A DNA stretch of 64,000 nucleotides from an uncultured Methanoregulaceae archaeon (GCA_963841015.1 CAWJAX010000003.1:608001-672000), one strand, 5' to 3'; shown: positions 52,716 to 64,000, numbered from the stretch's first letter. Notes: generated from the letters alone by a model not told the origin. Numbers and translations: made by a program.

Positions 52716-53996
<1,281 letters not shown>

Positions 53997-54055
53997 GCAA
54001 TAAAAAAGAATAAGGATTGAACGTATTTCCAAAACAATCCGATCCCGGTGAAAAC

Positions 54056-55351
54056 ATGTATAAATTCATAAAGAATTTCCTGAAACCAAAAGAGCCGGAA
54101 AAATTATCCCTTGCGTTTGATGAGATCCCGGCATGGCTCGATGAACGTGAGAAGACCTCCCGGGTTCTGCTTGAAACTGAAACCAAGGTGCCGATACAGA
54201 ATATCAGGAATGCAACAGCGCAACTACAACATATTGTGAACAGCATTGCCGATGCTGAACATGACCCGGCCATCCACCCAAAACTCAAAAGTATTGCAAA
54301 AAATTCCCTTCCCTTGTTTGTGAAGGCCATGAATGCCTCACTATCCAAGGATCTTCCGGATGATATTGAAAGATTTTATTCTGGCGCGGTGGAATGCGTG
54401 AAAGGATGTCTCAACAGCACCCGTGGACAGGGCCGATACCTTCAGGTCGTATTCCCTGAAGAGATGAAAGCCGTCAAAACCGGGATAGATGCAATCGGGC
54501 GCGAGATGAACGCAATAACCACTTCGCTCACTACATACCGGAAACAGAAAGATTTGATAACCAAAATACGAACACTGCACGATGCCCTTCTCGATATCAG
54601 GATTGATACCGAAAAATCCATTGAAAAGGATAAAAGGATAACCACTCGTATTGCTGAAATTACGTATCGGCTTACGGGCATTGAAAAAGAGTTAAGGGAC
54701 CTGTCTTCTGATGCAGGCATGAAGGAAGTGGACGAAAAAAAATCCGCACTTGCTGAAATAGAAAAGAAGCGGGACGAGCAAATCCGCGCCTATACGGCTC
54801 TTTCAATGGCTGCTGCACACGTTTTCAGGAAAGCAGAAAAAATTGCCACAAAACAACGGCATGCAACAGACGTTTCGGCTCTCAGACATACCATTGATCT
54901 GCTTTCAGATCATACAGCTCCTGATTCAAAAGATCTGGCCTCTGCCCTTGCCACTGCTTGTCCTGTTGCACAAAGAATGATCGAAGCCGGGGAAATCATA
55001 CTTAAAAACAAGGAAGAACGTGCAATCTTTTCTGATACCGGAAGATTCAGTAATGAACTGTGTGCCATCTGCACGAATATCATAAACCACGAATTGGCAT
55101 GGAAAAGGGTTCAGGACTCGCTATCATCAGACCCTGTTCTTGTGAGGATGAATTCACTTGAACGGGAAAAAACCCAACGGGAATATATGCTGGGAAAGGA
55201 GCACCAGTTCAGAAAAGATCTGGCGGAATGGAGTGAAAAAACTCAAGGGAGGATTCCTTCCCTTATTGAAGAACTCCATAAAAAAATTGAAGAGATAGGT
55301 GGGGGAAGCGTGCAACTTCAGATAGACGGTCAATTCCCGGTAAGAGAGTAG
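54056..55351 (+). CDS. Hypothetical coiled-coil protein
   Basis: Long ORF with GGTGA RBS, helical and charged, no catalytic motif seen. Confidence 0.7.
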   Translation: MYKFIKNFLKPKEPEKLSLAFDEIPAWLDEREKTSRVLLETETKVPIQNIRNATAQLQHIVNSIADAEHDPAIHPKLKSIAKNSLPLFVKAMNASLSKDLPDDIERFYSGAVECVKGCLNSTRGQGRYLQVVFPEEMKAVKTGIDAIGREMNAITTSLTTYRKQKDLITKIRTLHDALLDIRIDTEKSIEKDKRITTRIAEITYRLTGIEKELRDLSSDAGMKEVDEKKSALAEIEKKRDEQIRAYTALSMAAAHVFRKAEKIATKQRHATDVSALRHTIDLLSDHTAPDSKDLASALATACPVAQRMIEAGEIILKNKEERAIFSDTGRFSNELCAICTNIINHELAWKRVQDSLSSDPVLVRMNSLEREKTQREYMLGKEHQFRKDLAEWSEKTQGRIPSLIEELHKKIEEIGGGSVQLQIDGQFPVRE

Positions 55352-55372
55352 ATTACCGGGATACAAGTGAGG

Positions 55373-55483
55373 TCAATACATATTCTCTTCATCTTCTTCA
55401 ATATCCAAGAACAACTCATCGATATTTTCGATAACCCACTGAATTTTTTCCTGATTGAGATCCTCGCTAAACATCCTGTTCAT
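55373..55483 (-). CDS. Candidate 36-aa acidic micro-protein (below ORF-track cutoff)
   Basis: MNRMFSEDLNQEKIQWVIENIDELFLDIEEDEENMY*, starting 28 bp after the upstream gene's stop. Confidence 0.45.
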   Translation of the reverse strand: MNRMFSEDLNQEKIQWVIENIDELFLDIEEDEENMY

Positions 55484-55511
55484 TGGTTCCAACACCGTCT
55501 TTTGTACAATG

Positions 55512-55706
55512 TTATCTGATGTTTATCTCCACAAAATCACTCAGATCGCTCTGGCTTGCAGAAAACTCGTCTGACCATCCATAGCAGTCACGGAGCATCT
55601 GGGCGATCACATCTGAAAAGGTCATATTCCCACGTTTCAATATGAGAAGCGCCTCATACACCTCGGGATCTATTCGAATTGAACGCCCCTCGCCTGCACG
55701 AGGCAT
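55512..55706 (-). CDS. Small ribbon-helix-helix / archaeal VapB-like antitoxin-type protein
   Basis: SIRIDPEVYEALLILKRGNMTFSDVI pattern; TATA box and palindrome upstream. Confidence 0.65.
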   Translation of the reverse strand: MPRAGEGRSIRIDPEVYEALLILKRGNMTFSDVIAQMLRDCYGWSDEFSASQSDLSDFVEINIR

Positions 55707-55708
55707 AT

Positions 55709-55736
55709 TTACCACTTCGTGGTTACACTATATAAA
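55709..55736 (-). promoter_or_regulatory. Promoter (TTTATATA) with downstream ACCAC-N3-GTGGT palindrome, candidate autoregulatory operator
   Basis: Minus strand reads TTTATATAGTGTAACCACGAAGTGGTAAATATG. Confidence 0.5.
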
Positions 55737-56026
55737 CTTATCTCAAAAACGATGTCTGACTTTATATGTAGTGCAAAAAATAGTCACGAATTGACGAGAT
55801 CTAAATCGATTATATCGGTAATTATTCATCGTAAACAGGAAGCAAGTGTATAAAACCACTGCACCGGGGTTAGTTCACCTACCGGGGAAATTAGTTGTAT
55901 GTTCTAATTTTTCAGTCATTAAAAAAATCAGTTCCTTTTTTTCATAACTTGCCGGTAAAATCCCAACCCGAATCCGGATAATTTGCTCATTTCGTAGCTA
56001 AAAACCTCAACAGAGGAGACTATATT

Positions 56027-56788
56027 TTAATCCCGGGAGTTGATGCGGATGAAAGAAAAGGTAGTAAAATCCGTGAATGCAAACTCGGGTTCATCCCCAT
56101 GACAACCACCAACACGCAGCAGAGTCGGGATGTCAAGGGGGATCCTGGCCACCTCAATATGGTACTCGTCATCCTCTTTTTTTACAGATAACGGTTCTAA
56201 TTCAATCGGTTTCTCGACAATGCCGTCCGGTGTTTTCCGGCAGCAGATGTTCTGGTGCTGGTGCCCGCAGCACATATGCGTGAGTCCCCGTACCGAGAGT
56301 GCTTCAAACGCCATTGGTGCAGTATAATGGAACCCGGCAAAGGAATCCCCGGATTCATGAGAAAGTCTCTGCCAGCACTTGAGCCGGAGTGTCTGCTTTC
56401 CAAGATCAAGAGGTCCACCATGGACAAACAGCATTCCGCGATCCGACCATTCCATGGGCATGGTATCAAAGAGGGAAAGAAGGGGGGAGCCCCGCATCTG
56501 CTCATGACGGTAAGTACTTGCCGGATCACTTCCGCTTACCAACAGCCTGTTGAGAAAAGCATGATCGTGGTTGCCGAGTACAGAAACAAGCCGGTATTCT
56601 CTCGAGAGAGTATGGATCATCTCAAGAGTTTCCTGAGGACGGTCTCCCCGATGAACAAGATCCCCGAGATTTATTAAAATATCTACCTTCCCGAATGCCT
56701 GTCGGAACAAAGGAGTCTGTATACATGACGCAAGGGCACGGATAGCCACCGAATCTGCATGAACATCAGAAAAGATTACGGCACCCAT
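56027..56788 (-). CDS. Calcineurin-like metallophosphoesterase
   Basis: SDVH, LGDLV, GNHD, VHGG, GHQH. Confidence 0.88.
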   Translation of the reverse strand: MGAVIFSDVHADSVAIRALASCIQTPLFRQAFGKVDILINLGDLVHRGDRPQETLEMIHTLSREYRLVSVLGNHDHAFLNRLLVSGSDPASTYRHEQMRGSPLLSLFDTMPMEWSDRGMLFVHGGPLDLGKQTLRLKCWQRLSHESGDSFAGFHYTAPMAFEALSVRGLTHMCCGHQHQNICCRKTPDGIVEKPIELEPLSVKKEDDEYHIEVARIPLDIPTLLRVGGCHGDEPEFAFTDFTTFSFIRINSRD

Positions 56789-57021
56789 AATGGTGGCAGA
56801 GTATTAGTGTTCCTTTCTCATAAAAACCGATGATACCACGGGTTATACCAATGACTCCTGGGAATTAAGCTAGGTTCATGTCCAGGAAATTCCAAAATAC
56901 CTCCGGAATAACTGATGGACAAGCATCGAAAAGGGGATCCATGGTATGACTTTCATATCGTTTTTTTAGGTTCTATCTCCATTAATTTGATTCATCAGAA
57001 AAACAAATTGGATATGACACC

Positions 57022-57495
57022 ATGGAACGATTTCTTACTGAGTATATCAATCGTCTGAGACCCCACTTCACGGGGTTACCGGTTGCAACCGCGCATGAGA
57101 TTGCATCGGCATTCCTTGCGTTCAAGTTCGGCCTTTTTCGCAATGCAGTACATGAATGCACACAGGCCATCTCTCTTATTCCGGATAACGGAGCCAATGT
57201 CGCATTAAAAAAAGCGCTCTCAATAGTCCGGGCAAATGCACAGAACCTCGAAAATGCACAATTTACCTCAGATTTATCGGTATTTTTCTCAGAAAATGAA
57301 CGCCATTACGTGCCTATCATGCTTCCCCCCGATCAAATCGAAGATCCTGGCAGTCTCGAGCTCGACAACGCACTCATCCTGATTTATAGTGTAGCAGTTA
57401 TTACCTCCCCCGAGGATGAAGAAGCCATGACGGAGCACCGCAAGTTCATTGTCAGATTGCTGAGCGGGTACAAAAAGGCACTGGGAATCAGTTGA
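57022..57495 (+). CDS. Hypothetical helical (TPR-like) protein
   Basis: AFKFGLFRNAVHECTQAISLIPDN resembles one TPR unit. Confidence 0.65.
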   Translation: MERFLTEYINRLRPHFTGLPVATAHEIASAFLAFKFGLFRNAVHECTQAISLIPDNGANVALKKALSIVRANAQNLENAQFTSDLSVFFSENERHYVPIMLPPDQIEDPGSLELDNALILIYSVAVITSPEDEEAMTEHRKFIVRLLSGYKKALGIS

Positions 57496-57597
57496 TTTCA
57501 TCTTTAAATAAATCCTTAAAAACTGGTCAGGATCTCAAACTTTTTAGACCTGCCTCACCTTGAAACAATACTCCTGAAATAAAAACGAAGATCCAAC

Positions 57598-58956
57598 GTG
57601 AATTCAACAAATTATCTGACTAAAGGACCTCTTTTCCGAGGGCTTATATCCATATCCTTACCCATTATTGCAAGTAACCTCCTCCAGAGCGTTCTGGAGG
57701 TGGTCGATCTCTACTTTGTTGGCAGACTGGGTGCGGACGCGATTGCCGGCGTAGCCATGAGTACTACGATCATCTTTGTCCTTGCAACATTCGTAGTCGG
57801 TCTTGTCACGGCTACCACCGCATTTATTTCGCGTCACTATGGTGCAGAGGAACACGATGCAGTGGGATTGATTGTCCAGCATTCCCTCTATATCGGTCTT
57901 ACTTTTTCACTTGTAATTTCTGTATTCGGCCTATTCTTCTCAAAAGATCTTCTTATGCTACTCGGAGCAGACGAAACCGTTGCCACACTCGGTTCTTCTT
58001 ATCTTTCTGTACTTTTTTTAGGGATTTTCACGATGATCGAGCTTTGGGTCGTAATAAGCTCTTTCCAGGCTTGTGGGAACTCACTGACTCCCATGATCCT
58101 GATGGTTGGTGTAAATATCGTCAACATCATCCTGAACCCGATATTAATCTTCGGTTTCGCCGGGATCCCGGCTTTTGGTGTTGCAGGATCTGCGCTTGCA
58201 ACTATCCTCTCACGAGGAGCAGGATTGGTGATTGGTTTGCTCCTTCTTGTGCGTTACTCCAACCACATCACATTCCCGAAAACATGGAGCCTTGATCTCC
58301 AGCTGATCTGGCGGATACTCACTGTCGCTATCCCGAACTCTATTCAATCCGGGCTCCGCAGCGGCACTTTCCTGGTGATGATGGCTTTTGTTGCAGTGTA
58401 TGGAACTGCAGCGATTTCCGGCTATGGTATTGCCGAACGTCTTGAACTCATCGCTCTTATGCCTGGTTTTGCCATCGCTACGGCAACCGCAGTGATTGTT
58501 GGACAGAACCTCGGTGCAAAAAAGCCTGATCGCGCAGAGGAGGGTGTGAAACTCGGGCTCGTGCTCTATGGTACTATTATGTTCGCAGTTTCAATCTGTT
58601 ATTACGCATTTGCCGGTAACCTGATCTGGTTCTTCGATCCGAGCGGCGCCAGCGTGTTGACCGGGGTATCCTACTTCCGGGCGGTAACGCCATTCTACCT
58701 CATTATGGCGGTGAGTATCATTCTTTCCTTTGCGCTGAACGGTGCCGGGGACACGAAAAAACCGATGTACGCCACGCTGGTATCCATGGTGATGATCCAG
58801 ATCCCCTTGGGTTACTTCCTGCCACAACATTTTGGACTTGGTATTACCGGTGTCTGGATCGCGGTAATCGTGGGTATTATAATTCAGGCTGCCCTGCTTG
58901 GAATGATGTACAGGAGCGGCAGCTGGAAGCGTGTCGCATTAGAAATAAAATCGTAA
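57598..58956 (+). CDS. MATE family efflux transporter
   Basis: DLYFVGRLG, NIILNPILIFG, GVAGSALAT, VGQNLGA, GAGDTKKPM. Confidence 0.93.
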   Translation: MNSTNYLTKGPLFRGLISISLPIIASNLLQSVLEVVDLYFVGRLGADAIAGVAMSTTIIFVLATFVVGLVTATTAFISRHYGAEEHDAVGLIVQHSLYIGLTFSLVISVFGLFFSKDLLMLLGADETVATLGSSYLSVLFLGIFTMIELWVVISSFQACGNSLTPMILMVGVNIVNIILNPILIFGFAGIPAFGVAGSALATILSRGAGLVIGLLLLVRYSNHITFPKTWSLDLQLIWRILTVAIPNSIQSGLRSGTFLVMMAFVAVYGTAAISGYGIAERLELIALMPGFAIATATAVIVGQNLGAKKPDRAEEGVKLGLVLYGTIMFAVSICYYAFAGNLIWFFDPSGASVLTGVSYFRAVTPFYLIMAVSIILSFALNGAGDTKKPMYATLVSMVMIQIPLGYFLPQHFGLGITGVWIAVIVGIIIQAALLGMMYRSGSWKRVALEIKS

Positions 58957-58993
58957 TAAAAATCAACCCGTAATCAGATCTTCAAGGAAAAAA

Positions 58994-59314
58994 TCAGAGG
59001 CTGTCAAGACTGATACCGCTGAAGTCCTGGGCAACCTGTTGTATATCCCTGACACCGAATGCAGTCTGAACCATATTCAGATCGAGGGTATTTGCTGCAT
59101 CGCACATATAGTCGAGGATGTCAACAGAGAGTTCCTTTTGGATCTTGCTTTTACGCAACTGTTCAACAAGTGCAGCCATCTTTTCCGGAGGTTCCATGCG
59201 GAGTTTTGCAAGGCTCATTACACACATGTAAATCCGGGTCAAATTCCGGTCTGTACCGGTTATCGTGTCGAAGAAATTCCTGATTACCTGTGCCTGATAG
59301 ATATCTCCACCCAT
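58994..59314 (-). CDS. Hypothetical protein
   Basis: 106-aa ORF with GGAGGTG RBS. Confidence 0.7.
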   Translation of the reverse strand: MGGDIYQAQVIRNFFDTITGTDRNLTRIYMCVMSLAKLRMEPPEKMAALVEQLRKSKIQKELSVDILDYMCDAANTLDLNMVQTAFGVRDIQQVAQDFSGISLDSL

Positions 59315-59586
59315 GAATCCACCTCCTTCCCACTCTGTAGGTAATTTCTCTGTTCGAATTATCCTTATAAAAAGTTTGTGGCAAAAATATCATTTTGGCG
59401 CGAAAAATATGTGATTTAAATCATTATTTTCCCCTGGAGCGGCGGATTTGTCTGACAACAAGACGCCGGGTGTCTTACTTCGAGGTGTTGCCCGCGCCTC
59501 ATGAAAAATTTGATAATGAATATTTATATAACCCGAAGGAAATCTCAAGACCGTTCAGTAGATTTAATATTTTTGATCTCATTGTT

Positions 59587-61290
59587 ATGACGGGGATAAT
59601 TATAAGGTTCCAATCATCGTTGATTTCTATTTGTGCTGTATTAGTGCTCATAATTATGCTATTGCCAGTGGTAAGTGCAGTTCAAGTTCGTGTGAATGCC
59701 AGTCATGATGCCAGATTACTAGCGATTACAGATAACCAAACCTGGCAAGAAAAAAGAAACACACCTGGTGAGATTATTGTTTTAGATGGAATTGACGCTC
59801 AAACCATCAACATTGGTGAAACAATGGCGATGAATAAAACATATTGGGACACTCAAGGTTGGGATGTTACTAACCTATATGACAGTCACTATCGGGCAAT
59901 TATAACGTGGAATACCTCTGACATCCCAAATGATGCAATAATCACAGATGCTACTGTTACCGTAATGGGTCATACTAAGGCTAATCTACTTGGCACCTAT
60001 GACTCTTGTATTGTTGATGCAAATCCATTCAATCCAATGGCGTTTGTTGGAGCGGACTATAGCAGAACCGAATTCACCCGCCTTGCTCCTGATGTAACGT
60101 ATTACAATTTTAAAGATAATGACTGGAATTCATTCACGCTAAATTCTTTAGGGATTGATCATATCAACAAAGCAGGTTATACGTCGTTCATGTTTGCCCA
60201 TAGCGCCGACGTGGATAATGCTTCTGCTCTATCAACTTGGGAAAGTTATGTATCTTCAGGATATGAAATTCGGGGTATGAATTATCTTAACGGTACGTAT
60301 ACTCCATACATGACGATCAATTATGACCTCCCCGTACCAGCGCCGGTAGCTTCGTTTACGACCAACACCATATCCGGCACCGCCCCGCTTGCCGTGCAGT
60401 TCAACGATACATCAAGCAACTCCCCGACATCCTGGAACTGGTCTTTCGGAGACGGGATCTGGTCAAACACAACGGTGTCCGGAGCTCGGAACGTAACCCA
60501 TACCTATAACAATCCCGGTTCATGCATTGTCCAGCTGACTGTTGCCAATACAGGAGGTGCAAATACTACTTACCCGGGAACAACTATTACCGTCAATTCG
60601 CCAGTTGTCATCGGGAATGACACCATTGGTGTCTACCGAAATGGTAATTTCTTCCTCAAGAACAGTAACTCTGCCGGGAATGCTGACCTGGTATTTGGGT
60701 ATGGAATATCTACCGACACACCTTTGGTCGGTGACTGGAACGGGGATGGCACCGACACCGTTGGTATCTACCGAAATGGTAATTTCTTCCTCAAGAACAG
60801 TAACTCTGCCGGGAATGCTGACCTGGTATTTGGGTATGGAATATCTACTGACACACCTTTAGTCGGTGACTGGAACGGGGATGGCACCGACACCGTTGGT
60901 ATCTACCGAAATGGTAATTTCTTCCTCAAGAACAGTAACTCTGCCGGGAATGCTGACCTGGTATTTGGGTATGGAATATCTACTGACACACCTTTAGTCG
61001 GTGACTGGAACGGGGATGGCACCGACACCGTTGGTATCTACCGAAATGGTAATTTCTTCCTCAAGAACAGTAACTCTGCCGGGAATGCTGACCTGGTATT
61101 TGGGTATGGAATATCTACTGACACACCTTTAGTCGGTGACTGGAACGGGGATGGCACCGACACCGTTGGTATCTACCGAAATGGTAATTTCTTCCTCAAG
61201 AACAGTAACTCTGCCGGGAATGCTGACCTGGTATTTGGGTATGGAATATCTACTGACACACCTTTAGTCGGTGACTGGAACGGATTGTAA
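59587..61290 (+). CDS. Secreted protein, paralog of 14537..16216 (DNRLRE-like + PKD + five 45-aa repeats)
   Basis: Shared VNASHD.RLLA.TDNQTWQEKRN.PGE, GADYSRT, HSADVDNAS, YTPYMTINYD; signal peptide from ATG 59587. Confidence 0.85.
   Translation: MTGIIIRFQSSLISICAVLVLIIMLLPVVSAVQVRVNASHDARLLAITDNQTWQEKRNTPGEIIVLDGIDAQTINIGETMAMNKTYWDTQGWDVTNLYDSHYRAIITWNTSDIPNDAIITDATVTVMGHTKANLLGTYDSCIVDANPFNPMAFVGADYSRTEFTRLAPDVTYYNFKDNDWNSFTLNSLGIDHINKAGYTSFMFAHSADVDNASALSTWESYVSSGYEIRGMNYLNGTYTPYMTINYDLPVPAPVASFTTNTISGTAPLAVQFNDTSSNSPTSWNWSFGDGIWSNTTVSGARNVTHTYNNPGSCIVQLTVANTGGANTTYPGTTITVNSPVVIGNDTIGVYRNGNFFLKNSNSAGNADLVFGYGISTDTPLVGDWNGDGTDTVGIYRNGNFFLKNSNSAGNADLVFGYGISTDTPLVGDWNGDGTDTVGIYRNGNFFLKNSNSAGNADLVFGYGISTDTPLVGDWNGDGTDTVGIYRNGNFFLKNSNSAGNADLVFGYGISTDTPLVGDWNGDGTDTVGIYRNGNFFLKNSNSAGNADLVFGYGISTDTPLVGDWNGL
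60619..61284 (+). repeat. Five near-identical 135-bp tandem repeats (DTVGIYRNGNFFLKNSNSAGNADLVFGYGISTDTPLVGDWNGDGT)
   Basis: (G/A)TCTACCGAAAT anchors at 60631, 60766, 60901, 61036, 61171. Confidence 0.95.
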
Positions 61291-61523
61291 CATAAAAGAG
61301 TTGGGAAAAATCCCTTAACTATTTCTTTCCGCTGTATTATCTGACATATGGCATAATCAATAAAAAGAAATAAAAAAAAGGTCACAATTCATATTCTCAT
61401 TCAGTTAACCGAATAACAGGTTGTGTAGGGTAAGTTATTTCCTAATCATCCTTTTTGAACTGGCAACAACATTGCTCCAGTCTTCTTTTACCTACTAAAT
61501 AAAAGAAATAATTATTTTTTACA

Positions 61524-62690
61524 CTAATGGACAGAAACAATTTTGATAATATCCCCATCCCTGAGAACGTGATTTTCCTTAATTCGCATCCTTGTCCGGG
61601 CATCAACTGCATAGAGAAATCCCTTGCCAATATCGGTGTGCACCTGAAACGCAACGTCATGAGGGGTTGATCCTTTCTTCATCAGGAATGCATCGGGGAG
61701 AACTTCACCTTTCTTATTGCAGTAATGGGTTTCATCCTCGACAGGGTAGATGACGATCATATCGAGCAGCTCAAATACCGCCCGGTTAATCGCCTGTTGT
61801 ACTCCTGTACCGTTGCACCGCTTCATCACTTCTGCAATTTTTGCCAGTCCTGCTTTCTGCGCTGGTGAGAGAGTCCCTTCATTGGCAATTCTGAATTGAA
61901 CATCCCCAGGGAGATACTGAATCAGCTGCGCCGCTGCTGCATTCCTGAGTGCAAGTTCTGATGCTGCACTCGCAAACGATACCTTCTGCTCTGCAAGTTT
62001 TAAGCGTAGAATTTCGGGGGCTTCATCAAACTTGTTCCCCACAACCAGCATTGGTTTTGATATCTTTACCATCTCCGCGCATAGTGGGATCAGATCCTCG
62101 ATAGTAGCATGGACAAGATCAATCTTGAGTTTCAGCTCAACATCTCGTATATCCTCCATGGTAATACCCAGACCGGTAAATATGTCTGCAATACCCTGCT
62201 GGATAGCAGTCCCTTTCCCCTGAGACATGCGGCTTATCCTTGTCCAGTGCTTTTCAAGGATTCCATGGACCCACATAGTCATTTCAAAAATCAGGAATTT
62301 GATGTCTTCTTCCGGGTCATGATTGCCTACCCCAACCGGGTTCCCCTCGCTGTCCGTGCCTCCGCTTGCATCGACAATATGGAGTATTGCATCTGCCTGC
62401 CGAAGGCTGTCAAGGAACTGATTGCCAAGTCCTTTACCCTTGTGGGCATCAGGTACAAGCCCGGCGACATCAATTAAATTGACCGCTACAAACCGGTTCC
62501 CATCAACACAGTGTCCACACGTGAGATGAAGATCATGACACGGACACTTCGTTCTCACATAGGCAACGCCAAAGTTCGGATTGATAGTCGTGAACGGATA
62601 GTTGGCGATTTCGACATTTGCCATGGTCGCAGCCTTGAAAAATGTCGACTTTCCGCAGTTGGGTTTACCCGCAAGGGCAAGAGTGATCAT
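61524..62690 (-). CDS. ychF: OBG-family YchF/Ola1-like GTPase with TGS domain
   Basis: GKPNCGKST, NYPFTT, DVAGL, GLGNQFL, NKFD, VHTDIG. Confidence 0.85.
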   Translation of the reverse strand: MITLALAGKPNCGKSTFFKAATMANVEIANYPFTTINPNFGVAYVRTKCPCHDLHLTCGHCVDGNRFVAVNLIDVAGLVPDAHKGKGLGNQFLDSLRQADAILHIVDASGGTDSEGNPVGVGNHDPEEDIKFLIFEMTMWVHGILEKHWTRISRMSQGKGTAIQQGIADIFTGLGITMEDIRDVELKLKIDLVHATIEDLIPLCAEMVKISKPMLVVGNKFDEAPEILRLKLAEQKVSFASAASELALRNAAAAQLIQYLPGDVQFRIANEGTLSPAQKAGLAKIAEVMKRCNGTGVQQAINRAVFELLDMIVIYPVEDETHYCNKKGEVLPDAFLMKKGSTPHDVAFQVHTDIGKGFLYAVDARTRMRIKENHVLRDGDIIKIVSVH

Positions 62691-62910
62691 GTATAGTTCC
62701 TCATTTGACTATTCGGGATATTTCTGTTTTGCTGGTCTGATGAGAATCTGAAAATATTTTTTGTTTTGTTTTTAAAATGATCCGGATGGTTTTTGAAATT
62801 TTCATGGTGATCTTATACTCTTTTGCTGGCCTGCATGAAAAAAGCCGATCGTTTTCATGCTCCCCAGAATCCAACCAAAGTTTTTCATGCCTGCTTATTA
62901 AAAGGTACTT

Positions 62911-63501
62911 ATGACGTTTACCCAGAAAAAAATCTATTATTTTGAAAAACCGGGAGAAGGAAATACGCTGGATGCGGCGCGGTTTGCCATCGAACGTGCA
63001 AAGGAACTTAAAATCAAAACGATTGTAGTAGCAAGCACTTCGGGAAAAACCGCTCAGGTTTTTCTTGATACGATAGACAGATCAGGAATTGAACTTGTAG
63101 TGGTAACCCATGTTGTTGGATTTTCCAAACCAGGGGAATGGGAGTTTTCAGCAAAGATTGCAGATCAATTACAGAAAAAGGGCGTTCGTATCGTTACCGG
63201 TACTCATGCACTATCAGGACTCGAGCGGGCAATCTCGCGCTCACCGAAGGTTGGAGGGGGGTCGCGTACCGAAGCGATCGCAGAGGCACTTCGTCGCGTT
63301 GTGGCAGTCGGCCTCAAAGTTGCTGTTGAGTGCGTGCTGATGGCAGCGGACCAGGGAGCCATTGGTATAAATGAGGAAGTGATTGCAGTTGGCGGCACAT
63401 ACAGCGGTGCAGATACAGTCTGCGTGATCCGGCCGGCACATTCGGCCAGTTTCTTTGATCTCCAGGTTCGGGAGATTGTTGCTATGCCGAGGGACCGGTA
63501 A
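62911..63501 (+). CDS. Pyruvate-kinase C-terminal-like (DUF1867-type) protein
   Basis: YFEKPG..NT, IVVASTSGKTA, THALSGLER, G.KVAVEC..MAAD.G, GADT. Confidence 0.8.
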   Translation: MTFTQKKIYYFEKPGEGNTLDAARFAIERAKELKIKTIVVASTSGKTAQVFLDTIDRSGIELVVVTHVVGFSKPGEWEFSAKIADQLQKKGVRIVTGTHALSGLERAISRSPKVGGGSRTEAIAEALRRVVAVGLKVAVECVLMAADQGAIGINEEVIAVGGTYSGADTVCVIRPAHSASFFDLQVREIVAMPRDR

Positions 63502-63503
63502 CA

Positions 63504-64000
63504 ATGGCGATCACAGAACTCAAAGAGGCAATAAACCTTCTTGCACGATTACCATCACTCTGGATACCCGGTATTGTGGGGGGAATACTGACAGCTGCTC
63601 TCTGGTTAACCCTGAATCTCTCGGGAACCTTTTTTGCCCGGCAGGCTGCTGGTGATCTTCGGTTTAGTGCTGCTCCTTTTCACTACAGGACTTCTGGTGA
63701 TCATCAGGAACAATGAAGGGGACCTCAGAACAATGATTTCCGGGGGGATCAGTTATTACTTCCGGGTGCTCCTTCCCCAGATCATTATTATATTTGGCAT
63801 CTTGCTCATTGTTACTCTCGTCATGGTAACCTTCAGCCTCATCGGAGGACTCTCCGATATCAGTATGGTAACCGCCCTTGCAATCGGGTTCATGATCCCG
63901 ATAGTAATACTCACCTTTTTTTACGATACCGCCGCAGTTTTTGAAGAGAGAAAAGTGTTTGATTCTATCCGTCGCAGCATTCAGCTTGTCATGCTGCATA
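63504..64000 (+). CDS. 3'-partial integral membrane protein; +1 insertion near 63638
   Basis: After removing one C the hydrophobic frame (FFAGRLLVIFG...FFYDTAAVFEERKVFDSIRRS) runs to the window end. Confidence 0.7.

Noticed and set aside
59430-59505. GC-rich patch with a small hairpin upstream of the secreted paralog as a riboswitch
   Set aside because: Lies upstream of the likely TATA box (TTTATATA near 59523) and matches no motif I recognise
60619-61284. Regular repeats as a CRISPR array or DGR template/variable pair
   Set aside because: In-frame 135-bp coding units with no unique spacers; no cas or reverse transcriptase gene; no adenine-specific variation

Overview
Chromosomal window from a methanogenic archaeon, most likely Methanomicrobiales (Methanoregula-like). 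The taxon is inferred from mmp10, top6A/B, DUF2111, an intron-containing tRNA-Met and gene style. In order, it holds: (1) the end of an ABC-transporter-type surface polysaccharide locus (Wzt-C protein, MTase-MTase-GT2-coiled-coil protein, GT2s, ugd-galU-uxs); (2) an IS5 remnant; (3) two secreted proteins ending in PKD plus exactly five 45-aa repeats, with a third at 59.6-61.3 kb; (4) a DUF2111-birA-bioY-ECF-pycBA biotin locus with a clear BirA operator; (5) tRNA-Met, DUF350, mmp10, and tRNA-Thr followed by a 2.4 kb MFS islet bounded by a degenerate copy of the tRNA 3' end; (6) a 19 kb flippase-type glycan locus with GDP-fucose/GDP-rhamnose, C-methyl-branched and YerE-type branched 3,6-dideoxy sugar enzymes, ending in a MITE-like element; (7) housekeeping genes (top6A/B, hisS, larB, nadM, MATE, YchF-type GTPase). 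Six single-base insertions break five genes and are probably sequencing errors. No CRISPR array, rRNA, integrase or reverse transcriptase was seen. All family calls come from motif recognition; no database search was run.
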